Positions 1 to 7,040 of a stretch of 64,000 bases of DNA are shown one piece after another. The stretch covers positions 1 through 64,000 of the forward strand of contig DASZWM010000002.1 of assembly GCA_035546615.1 (NCBI GenBank), in the 5' to 3' direction. Numbering within the stretch: position 1 is the first letter of the stretch; each line of letters starts with the position of its first letter. The DNA comes from Minisyncoccota bacterium (GTDB taxonomy: Bacteria > Patescibacteriota > Minisyncoccia > Phycocordibacterales > SBAW01). A program made the translations under genes and the position numbers. The notes below the pieces were generated by a model. The model made no database searches and had not been told where the DNA came from. It worked only from the letters and a program-made list of their open reading frames with translations.

Positions 1-2
1 CC

Positions 3-839
3 ATGACCAATCAGCCGCTGCGATTGGGCAAGAGCGTTGATACCTATTGGCAGGCACTAGCGGGTTCGCTCGATGATGTGCGTGTATATAATCGCGTGCT
101 TTCGGCAACAGAGGTACGCCAACTCTATCAGCTTGGAGGAGGCAAGGCCTCTTCAGGCGCCGCTTTGCAAAACGGCACGACGCTTGCAAGCGGCCTGGTC
201 GGCTACTGGAGCTTTAACGGCGCCGATGTAACCGACAAGGTGTATGACCGCGCCGGCACCAACAACGGGTATTTCTACAATGCGGCCACGTCGTCGGCGA
301 AAGTCCAGGGCAAGCTGGGGCAGGGGCTGCAGTTCAACGGAACCAGCGCGTATGTGCGCGTGCCGGACGCAGCCGCGATCGACAATAACGCCTTCACTGT
401 TTCTGCCTGGATAAAATACACGGGCAGCCAGCTTGGCGGGATCATGTCCAAGGCATCCGGCGGTACCGAGATGCTGCTGCTCGTGGGCGGCGGCACATGC
501 GGCAATGCGACCGCGAGCGGAAAGATCCGTTTCGATGTGTCGGTAAGCAGCTCGATCGCATGTGCGGACAGTTCGGCCTCCTACAACGACGGCAAGTGGC
601 ATCTAGTGACAGCTACGCGCGACGGCTCGGGAACGGGCAATATGGTGCTCTATGTAGATGGCGCGCAGGTTGCTACTGCTACGAAGACGGGCGACATGAC
701 CACCAGCCAACCGCTCGCCATAGGACAGCATATCCCTGCTTCGACCTGGTACTTCAACGGCACAATGGACGAAGTGCGGCTGTATAACCGCGCGCTCTCG
801 GCCGCGGAAGTCCTGCAGCTCTACAATCTCGGGAAATGA
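3..839 (+). CDS. LamG (concanavalin A-like lectin) domain protein, 5'-truncated at window edge
   Basis: ORF runs off the window start. The C-terminal motif MDEVRLYNRALSAAEVLQLYNLG is typical of LamG-domain repeats. An internal copy DDVRVYNRVLSATEVRQLYQLG is also present. Confidence 0.6.
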   Translation: MTNQPLRLGKSVDTYWQALAGSLDDVRVYNRVLSATEVRQLYQLGGGKASSGAALQNGTTLASGLVGYWSFNGADVTDKVYDRAGTNNGYFYNAATSSAKVQGKLGQGLQFNGTSAYVRVPDAAAIDNNAFTVSAWIKYTGSQLGGIMSKASGGTEMLLLVGGGTCGNATASGKIRFDVSVSSSIACADSSASYNDGKWHLVTATRDGSGTGNMVLYVDGAQVATATKTGDMTTSQPLAIGQHIPASTWYFNGTMDEVRLYNRALSAAEVLQLYNLGK

Positions 840-2968
840 AAAAGCCCCTGTATATCATTGTCTTTGCGCTTTTCTGTCTTCCGCTTGCTGCGCAGGCTTC
901 AGCGCGTATCGCCGCGCCCGCCAACCAGCTCGGGGTGACCGCCTACTGGTCGTTCGACAGCGATACGGTGAGCGGCGCCACGGTATCCGATCTCTCCGGC
1001 AATTCCCACAACCTCACCCTGGTGAATGGTGCCTCCGTTACAGCCGGCAAGAACGGCCAGGCGCTGACGCTCAACGGCAGCAGCCAGTACGCGTGGGGGC
1101 TCATCGGGACATTGCCCACCTCGGTGTCGCTCTCGATGTGGGTCAAGGCGAACGACGTCTCCACGACGCAGAGCGTGCTGGTCGAGGAAGGCGACGGCGC
1201 GCCGAGCTCGGGCTACCATTTTACGCTCGTGGGAATATTGAACGGGAGGTTCTATGGCGGCTTTTGGGATATCGGCAACATCGCTTCCTCTCCCATCAAC
1301 GCGGGGCAGTGGTATAACGTCGTGCTCTACTATGACGGCGTAGCGCATACGCAGTCGCTCTATCTCGACGGAGTGCTGCAGGGCACGCAGAGCGGCACAT
1401 GGAGCCCGCCGTCGAATATTTATTTTCTCGCGGGCTATCAGCAGCAAGGCTGCAGCTTCACCAGCGCGTCGGGCCACTGCGGCGACCTGGCGCACTACTT
1501 CAACGGACAGATCGACGAGCTTAAGGGGTATAATCGCGCGCTTACGACAAGCGACATCAGCGCGCTTCAGCAAGCGCGCACGTATATCGGCCGCGCTACC
1601 TCCGGAACAGCCGCAAACGCGCCGCTCTCAAATGGCCTGGTCGGATATTGGCCGCTCGACGGCGCTACCACCAACTGGAGGACCAATAAGACGACCGATG
1701 TTATTGCCGGTACCGCCTCCAGTTTGGTTTCCATGAGCACTTCCACCTCGCCGAGTGCGGGGAAGGTAGGGCAGGCGCTGAAGTTTGCCGGAGGGTATAT
1801 ATCTGCCAGCGCGGCGGCCCCTTCCACGGCATATTCGGTCTCCGCCTGGATACGCTACGAGGGTGCAACGCCCATTTCGGCTATTAAAGTTGCGGTGAGT
1901 TATGGCTCAGGATCCGGGGGAAGTACGCTGTGGATGGGCTACGCCAGCGACGGCAAGCTGGCCATCAGCAATTCGTCCACCGACTTAAAAAGCTCTACGG
2001 TGAGCAACTCAACGACCTGGCACCATTTGGTGGCTGCGGTGGGCGGCGGCACCATGAGCGCCTATATGGACGGCATTCTAGTGAATACTGTTTCCATGAG
2101 CTCCCGGGCGTCCAATACGCTTGTCATGGGCGATTATACGGGCCTTATAGGATCGTTTGCCTTTCCCGGCAGCATCGACGACGTGCGGGTATATGGCCGC
2201 ACCTTGTCGGCCACCGAAGTTGCCCAGCTGTATAAGCTGGGCGGGGTTGGGGCAAACATAGCGCACTCACCCTCCGGGGCGGCCGCGCCCATCTCCAGAG
2301 GCTTGATAGGCTATTGGACTTTTGACGGCTCACAGACGAGATGGCCAACAAATACAACGCAGGATAGCTCCGGGCAGGGGAATACGGCCACTATGGTTTC
2401 GCTCGGCACGACCACCGCTCCGGTGGCGGGCAAGATCGGCCAGGCGCTGCATTTTAACGGCAATGCGCAATATGTAAGCGCTTCGGGCAGCTATCCTACG
2501 GGGACCAACCCCCGCACGCTATGCGCGTGGGCGAAGTCGGACGACACTACGTTCGAGGGCAATGCGGACCACGTGGTTAACTACGGCACTGCTGCAACGG
2601 GGCAGGCGTTCGGGTTCATGATCCATACCGGCAACCAGTGGCGCTTTTACGGGCACGGGGTCGACTTCGACACCAACGTCTCGGTAGACACGAAATGGCA
2701 TTACCACTGCGTAACCTACGACGGGGCCACCGTGATCTACTACATAGACGGGATAAACGTAGCTAGCGCAGCCCGTACGCTCAATACTACTGCGGGTAAC
2801 ATGACCTTTGCCCAAAGGCCCGACCTGGGAGCATCCAACGAGTTCAACGGCTCTATCGACGACGTGCGGGTCTACAATCGCGCGCTCTCGGCGGGCGAAG
2901 TGTATCAGCTCTACATGCTCGGGGCTCCTGCGACTCAGACTCCGCCGGCGGGGAACCCCGCAGCTTAG
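836..2968 (+). CDS. Secreted protein with four LamG-like repeats
   Basis: ATGA start overlaps the preceding stop. N-terminal signal peptide MKKPLYIIVFALFCLPLAAQA. Four repeats each end in the IDDxRVYxRxLSxxEVxQLY motif. Overall composition is Gly/Ser/Thr-rich. Confidence 0.65.
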   Translation: MKKPLYIIVFALFCLPLAAQASARIAAPANQLGVTAYWSFDSDTVSGATVSDLSGNSHNLTLVNGASVTAGKNGQALTLNGSSQYAWGLIGTLPTSVSLSMWVKANDVSTTQSVLVEEGDGAPSSGYHFTLVGILNGRFYGGFWDIGNIASSPINAGQWYNVVLYYDGVAHTQSLYLDGVLQGTQSGTWSPPSNIYFLAGYQQQGCSFTSASGHCGDLAHYFNGQIDELKGYNRALTTSDISALQQARTYIGRATSGTAANAPLSNGLVGYWPLDGATTNWRTNKTTDVIAGTASSLVSMSTSTSPSAGKVGQALKFAGGYISASAAAPSTAYSVSAWIRYEGATPISAIKVAVSYGSGSGGSTLWMGYASDGKLAISNSSTDLKSSTVSNSTTWHHLVAAVGGGTMSAYMDGILVNTVSMSSRASNTLVMGDYTGLIGSFAFPGSIDDVRVYGRTLSATEVAQLYKLGGVGANIAHSPSGAAAPISRGLIGYWTFDGSQTRWPTNTTQDSSGQGNTATMVSLGTTTAPVAGKIGQALHFNGNAQYVSASGSYPTGTNPRTLCAWAKSDDTTFEGNADHVVNYGTAATGQAFGFMIHTGNQWRFYGHGVDFDTNVSVDTKWHYHCVTYDGATVIYYIDGINVASAARTLNTTAGNMTFAQRPDLGASNEFNGSIDDVRVYNRALSAGEVYQLYMLGAPATQTPPAGNPAA

Positions 2969-3072
2969 CGGGAGGGGTTTGCCAATTCCGGCTTCAAATC
3001 TAGTGAGTTCGGTTATCCACAGCAGGGCATTTTTGTCCGTACACAAGTTTGGGTGTAGTATCTAGTGCATGG

Positions 3073-3109
3073 GGCAGACCGCAGAGGCGGTTTGGCCTTT
3101 TTTGTTTTT
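3073..3109 (+). terminator. Rho-independent terminator after LamG operon
   Basis: GC-rich hairpin GGCAGACCGC-AGAG-GCGGTTTGGCC followed by TTTTTTGTTTTT. Confidence 0.5.
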
Positions 3110-3246
3110 CGTTAGGCGAGGGAGGCGAAGTACGCCCCGACCATGCTCACGATGACAATGACGCCTATCGTCCAAGAGAATATCTTGGTGAATTTGTCCC
3201 GGTTCTTTCCAAAAAGCCCAAACATATACCGAAGAGAATAGCATAT

Positions 3247-3639
3247 ATGCAGGAATTTAAAAAGCATCACCCAAAGACCCACCATCTGCTGCGATTCGCG
3301 GCTATGCTTCTAAGCACTATCCTTCTTTTTGCTACGGCGGGAGTAGCTGTTTCCTCCGCCTGGAATATGTACGGCACGTTCGCCGTCGCGGCTGATGCGC
3401 GGGTGGACGCGGAGAAAACATTGAGCGCCGCCCAGGCCGACGAGGCCCGGATAACCGCCACGGTCGCGGCGCTGGACTCCCAAAGCGGGATAGAGCGCGA
3501 GGTACGCGAGCGTTTCGGCGTAGTTAAGCCGGGGGAAGGGGAGATCCAGATAGTGCGCGAAAGCGCGCAGGAAAGCCCGGAGGCAGTGCAGGAAGAGAAC
3601 GGCCTCCTGCGGACGCTGCGCTCGCTCTTTTTGTGGTAG
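3247..3639 (+). CDS. FtsB/DivIC-like septum formation initiator
   Basis: Internal ATG of ORF 3049..3639. Short N-terminal region, one TM helix, a coiled coil, and a C-terminal EREVRERFGVVKPGEGEIQIV motif characteristic of the FtsB/FtsL family. Confidence 0.55.
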   Translation: MQEFKKHHPKTHHLLRFAAMLLSTILLFATAGVAVSSAWNMYGTFAVAADARVDAEKTLSAAQADEARITATVAALDSQSGIEREVRERFGVVKPGEGEIQIVRESAQESPEAVQEENGLLRTLRSLFLW

Positions 3640-3658
3640 AATCTTTTCCGTCAGACAG

Positions 3659-3729
3659 GCGGAATTAGTTCAGTGGCAGAACGAGTGCTTCCCAAGCATT
3701 AGGCGCGAGTCCGATTCTCGCATTCCGCA
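3659..3729 (+). tRNA. tRNA-Gly (anticodon CCC)
   Basis: Cloverleaf folds: acceptor GCGGAAT/ATTCCGC, D-arm GTTC-AGTGGCA-GAAC, anticodon stem AGTGC/GCATT with loop TTCCCAA (U33, CCC, A37), T-arm GCGAG-TCCGATT-CTCGC. No CCA encoded. Confidence 0.7.
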
Positions 3730-3779
3730 CAAAACTTGACAGGCATGCTATAATAAAAGAAAAGCTAACCACAATACTT

Positions 3780-4022
3780 ATGGACAAGAGTGTAACCATC
3801 TACAGCACACCGACCTGCCACTTCTGCCAGATGGCCAAGGAATTCTTCGCGGAGAAGGGCGTGCAGTACACCGCCTACGACGTCGCAAGCGACGCGGCAA
3901 AGCGCGCGGAGATGATACAGCTCACCGGCCAGCTCGGCGTCCCGGTCATCGTGATAAACGGCGAAGCGATGATCGGCTTCAGTCGCGACCGCCTCGCGCA
4001 GAAGTTGGGAATTGAGGCGTAA
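3780..4022 (+). CDS. Glutaredoxin-like protein (NrdH/Grx family)
   Basis: 80 aa with CHFC redox motif near the N-terminus (YSTPTCHFCQMAKEF) and a thioredoxin fold pattern. Confidence 0.75.
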   Translation: MDKSVTIYSTPTCHFCQMAKEFFAEKGVQYTAYDVASDAAKRAEMIQLTGQLGVPVIVINGEAMIGFSRDRLAQKLGIEA

Positions 4023-4078
4023 CAGAGCGGAACTAATAAGTACTTGTATAGATTAATTTGTTAGTTTAATATAGGGGT

Positions 4079-4711
4079 ATGAGAAAACATGCCTCTGCTG
4101 TTATTGCCTCAGTAAAAGACGACCGAAAACGAGGCTTTTCCGTTTCTGAATTAATGCAAAAGTATTCGTTGCCAAAGACAACGGTATGGCATTATGTACA
4201 CTCAATAAGACTCTCTGATACGCTGGGCGCACGTATCCGCTCGCGTCAGGGAGGAAGTGCTAAACGAAGCAAGGAAGGTTGGGAAGAGGCAAAAAGACAG
4301 GCCGCTTTTTTATTGAAAGGTTTTAAGGAAGAGACTGCATGGCCTGTATTATTCGCGGCTCTGTATTGGAGCGAGGGTACAAAAAAGAGTGGGTTTGTCT
4401 TCACCAATACAGATCCTTCAATGATACGAGTCTTCTTGAAGGCTCTACGTCGTAAGTTGGGAGTGAAAGACGGGGATATCGATATTCTCATTCGCACATG
4501 CGCGCCTATGGATCAGGCCGCTTGCCGCAAACACTGGGCAAAGATAACCGATACTCCTATACATAAAATAAGAATCAACCACCATGCGCAGAATAAAAGT
4601 AAGACAACCTATGGGATGTGCCGGATTACCGTCAGGAAAGGAGGCAAGTACTTGAAGCTCGCACACTGTCTCATTCAGGAGTTAACTGGTAAGATATTGG
4701 CTGTCGCTTAA
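4079..4711 (+). CDS. HTH plus LAGLIDADG-like (homing endonuclease-like) protein, paralog of 11093..11812
   Basis: N-terminal HTH-like segment SVSELMQKYSLPKTTVWHYV. Variant single LAGLIDADG motif FAALYWSEGTKKSGFVF followed by the typical beta-rich pattern. GC is lower than the surroundings. Stop codon is 1 nt before tRNA-Arg. Confidence 0.4.
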   Translation: MRKHASAVIASVKDDRKRGFSVSELMQKYSLPKTTVWHYVHSIRLSDTLGARIRSRQGGSAKRSKEGWEEAKRQAAFLLKGFKEETAWPVLFAALYWSEGTKKSGFVFTNTDPSMIRVFLKALRRKLGVKDGDIDILIRTCAPMDQAACRKHWAKITDTPIHKIRINHHAQNKSKTTYGMCRITVRKGGKYLKLAHCLIQELTGKILAVA

Positions 4712-4783
4712 GCCCCCGTAGCTCAATGGATAGAGCACTGCACTCCTAACGCGGCGATCCAGGTTCGACTCCTGGCGGGGGCA
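4712..4783 (+). tRNA. tRNA-Arg (anticodon CCT)
   Basis: Acceptor GCCCCCG/CGGGGGC, D-arm GCTC-AATGGATA-GAGC, anticodon loop CTCCTAA (U33, CCT, A37) with one A-C mismatch closing the stem, T-arm CCAGG-TTCGACT-CCTGG. Confidence 0.7.
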
Positions 4784-4798
4784 TGGTATTATTTTTCT

Positions 4799-5074
4799 AT
4801 GAATCCGGAGATGGAAGAGCTCAAGCAGCTGGTCCGCCAGAACATCGCGCTCACGGAAGAGAACAATAAGATGCTGCACGGGATGCGCCGGAGCGCCTGG
4901 GTATCTCGCGGCATACGCCTCCTCTGGATAGCCGCCATCGTGGCGTCGTCGGTATACGCGTACTGGTACGTCCAGCCGTACCTCGCTCAGATACTGGATT
5001 TCTACGGCAATCTCCAAAGCCTGCAGCAAAAGACGTCCGGCTTCTTCGGCCAGCCGCAGCAGGGGCAGCAATAG
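4799..5074 (+). CDS. Hypothetical small membrane protein
   Basis: 91 aa ORF with one predicted TM helix (LLWIAAIVASSVYAYWYV). Followed by a hairpin plus T-run at about 5080..5118. Confidence 0.4.
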   Translation: MNPEMEELKQLVRQNIALTEENNKMLHGMRRSAWVSRGIRLLWIAAIVASSVYAYWYVQPYLAQILDFYGNLQSLQQKTSGFFGQPQQGQQ

Positions 5075-5152
5075 CTCCCTATTCCGCGCGGGGTTCCTAA
5101 ATAGGGGCTTTTTTGCTAGAATCCCTAGTGTTGCTTTCGTACGGAAGGCCGC

Positions 5153-5225
5153 GCTTGGGTAGCTCAGTTGGTAGAGCATCTCCCTGAAGAGGAGGGGGTC
5201 GCCAGTTCGATCCTGGCCCCAAGCA
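5153..5225 (+). tRNA. tRNA-Phe (anticodon GAA)
   Basis: Acceptor GCTTGGG/CCCAAGC, D-arm GCTC-AGTTGGTA-GAGC, anticodon stem TCTCC/GGAGG with loop CTGAAGA, T-arm GCCAG-TTCGATC-CTGGC. Confidence 0.85.
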
Positions 5226-5300
5226 CAGAGGAGCGAAGCGATTACTGGGCTTGGGGCCAGGATTGGGAAGGGGTCGGAAATATTTGATTTATTTTATATT
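5226..5300. repeat. tRNA-Phe trailer with inverted copy of the tRNA 3' end and a degenerate GGGGTCGGAAA...ATTTTGTGC core
   Basis: 5249..5263 (gcttggggccaggat) is the exact reverse complement of tRNA positions 5210..5224. This is followed by GGGGTCGGAAATATTTGATTTATTTTATATTTTGTGC, which resembles the trailer cores found after other tRNAs. Confidence 0.35.
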
Positions 5301-5359
5301 TTGTGCTATCCTATATATAGAGGGGCGCAAGGCCTTGATCTCAACAGACGAGGGAAACT

Positions 5360-5758
5360 ATGGGCGATTTTCAACGTGCGGTCGTTGTTGGGCTCATTGA
5401 GTCCGCGGGCGAAGTACTCTTGGTGAAAAATTCCGAGGGAAATAGGCGGGATTGGCAGTTACCCGGAGGGGCTATCAATGAGGATGACAAACCCGCCATT
5501 TCTGCTTCGATGCGGATACTTCAGGAGACCGGACTCCATGTTCGGGCGGAGAAGCTACGGCTCGTCAAGTCTTTGGCACGCGATACCGACACCGCCAGGC
5601 AAACAGTGTATTTCTATCGTGCCGAATTGCCGGGCGGCGCCTTCGACCGATTGCCGTCAGTCGGTCCAAGCGGTCACGCGATTCGTCGGGAAAACCGCAA
5701 ACGTATAAATCACTTGCTTGGTCCACAAGACCTTCAACTGATGAAACATGTACGGTAA
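5360..5758 (+). CDS. NUDIX hydrolase
   Basis: Nudix box LPGGAINEDDKPAISASMRILQETGL, matching the GX5EX7REUXEEXGU pattern. Confidence 0.7.
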   Translation: MGDFQRAVVVGLIESAGEVLLVKNSEGNRRDWQLPGGAINEDDKPAISASMRILQETGLHVRAEKLRLVKSLARDTDTARQTVYFYRAELPGGAFDRLPSVGPSGHAIRRENRKRINHLLGPQDLQLMKHVR

Positions 5759-5809
5759 GTATTGCGCCGCCGGGAAACCTGGCGGCGCAATTTGTTTTTA
5801 TATAAACGC

Positions 5810-6310
5810 TTAGTTCGATCTGACCTTGAGCTTTGCCTGCCTGCCTTTGTCCATCTTAGGAAGCCTGATAACGAGAAGGCCGTGCTTCTCTACCGCTTCC
5901 GCCTCCTCTATCTCAACCTCCTGGGGAAGCACTATCGTGCGGCTGAAGGCGCCCCAATAGAGCTCCTGGAAGAAAAAGTCCCCGTTTGTGCCCTCGGCGT
6001 GGCGCTCGCGCTTGCCGCGAATAGTAACCATGTCGCGCGTTATAGAAACATCCAGGTCCTCGGGCCGTACGCCCGCTATCATGGCCTTAATGACGATATG
6101 GGTCGGGGTCTGGTAGACGTCCACCGAAAGCTCGCCTTCGGCTTCCTCTACGACATCCGCTTCCTCGCGCATAGGCGACAGGGGGCGCTTCTCGGCGCCG
6201 CGGCTTACGGGAACGCCCGCGCCCTGGTCAAGGTCGTCAAAAGAGTATTCGGTATCCGCGCCGGCCGAGCCGGTGAGCCAATCAAAGAGGGATTTTTTGT
6301 CGCGTGCCAT
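5810..6310 (-). CDS. Hsp20/alpha-crystallin family small heat-shock protein
   Basis: 166 aa. The alpha-crystallin domain signature (DVYQTPTHIVIKAMIAGVRPEDLDVSI...GLLVIRLPK) is typical of IbpA/Hsp20. Confidence 0.85.
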   Translation of the reverse strand: MARDKKSLFDWLTGSAGADTEYSFDDLDQGAGVPVSRGAEKRPLSPMREEADVVEEAEGELSVDVYQTPTHIVIKAMIAGVRPEDLDVSITRDMVTIRGKRERHAEGTNGDFFFQELYWGAFSRTIVLPQEVEIEEAEAVEKHGLLVIRLPKMDKGRQAKLKVRSN

Positions 6311-6325
6311 AGAAATACGGGGGGT

Positions 6326-7033
6326 TTAGGAATAGTGGGGCATAGGGCGCTTCACGCGCTCAAGCCCAAGCAATATCGCGACGATACCAAGCCAGATAAC
6401 GAGGAAAATCCAAAATGTCGCGCCACTGCCACTCCCCAGTATAAAAAAATTGAACAAGGTATGCAACGCGACGGCAAGGATAACTCCGCATAAGGCGGCC
6501 AGGCGCCGCGCGGCGGCCGGCTGGTAAAAGGAAAACGCGAGCGCCACGCCGATAGACGCGGAGGAGAGCGTGTGCAGGAGGGTAGCCCCGATGAACCGAA
6601 GGTCGCCGGTGACTATCGTCTGGAGCACGTTGCCGTCCATAAGCGGGTTCAGCAGGAACAGCATGTTCTCGGCCGCCGAAAATCCGAGCGCGGCGGTTAC
6701 AAGATACACGACGGCATCCAGCGGCTCGTCGAACACGCGCGAGCGCAGGGCGACCAGATACGCGGCCGCGAACTTAAAGAGCTCTTCGGCCAGCGCCCAC
6801 AGGAACAGCACGCCCAGGCTCGTGGACGCGTAGCCGAGGCTTATCGCCTGGGCCAGTACGAGGCGCTCCACGGGGAGCACGAACGGCACCATGCACATGC
6901 CGGCCAGAAAGCAGAAGAAGATGTATTTCTTCGGCTCGGGATGCAGGCGGTCCTCAAGGAGCCAGAACGTCAGCCACAGCAGCGCCGGGAGCACGCCGCC
7001 GAGGAATGCTATGAACAGCACGGGCGAGAGCAT
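6326..7033 (-). CDS. PrsW-family intramembrane metalloprotease
   Basis: Multi-TM protein with the conserved EELFK, FxxxEN (FSAAENMLF) and HTLSSA motifs of the PrsW/CPBP-like glutamic proteases. Confidence 0.65.
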   Translation of the reverse strand: MLSPVLFIAFLGGVLPALLWLTFWLLEDRLHPEPKKYIFFCFLAGMCMVPFVLPVERLVLAQAISLGYASTSLGVLFLWALAEELFKFAAAYLVALRSRVFDEPLDAVVYLVTAALGFSAAENMLFLLNPLMDGNVLQTIVTGDLRFIGATLLHTLSSASIGVALAFSFYQPAAARRLAALCGVILAVALHTLFNFFILGSGSGATFWIFLVIWLGIVAILLGLERVKRPMPHYS

Positions 7034-7040
7034 GCGCCCA

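Noticed and set aside
3049-3246. N-terminal 66-codon extension of the FtsB-like ORF, which would overlap the LamG operon terminator.
   Set aside because: The extension spans the terminator hairpin and T-run. The conserved FtsB-like protein begins at the internal Met at 3247.
3659-3729. Reading of this tRNA as a second tRNA-Trp (CCA), from the string CCCAAG in the anticodon region.
   Set aside because: With the only stem that pairs (AGTGC/GCATT), the 7-nt loop is TTCCCAA. That gives U33, anticodon CCC and A37, so Gly. The Trp reading would put C at position 33.
5762-6493. 243-aa plus-strand ORF.
   Set aside because: It is antisense to the well-supported Hsp20 gene and the start of the PrsW gene, and has no motif.
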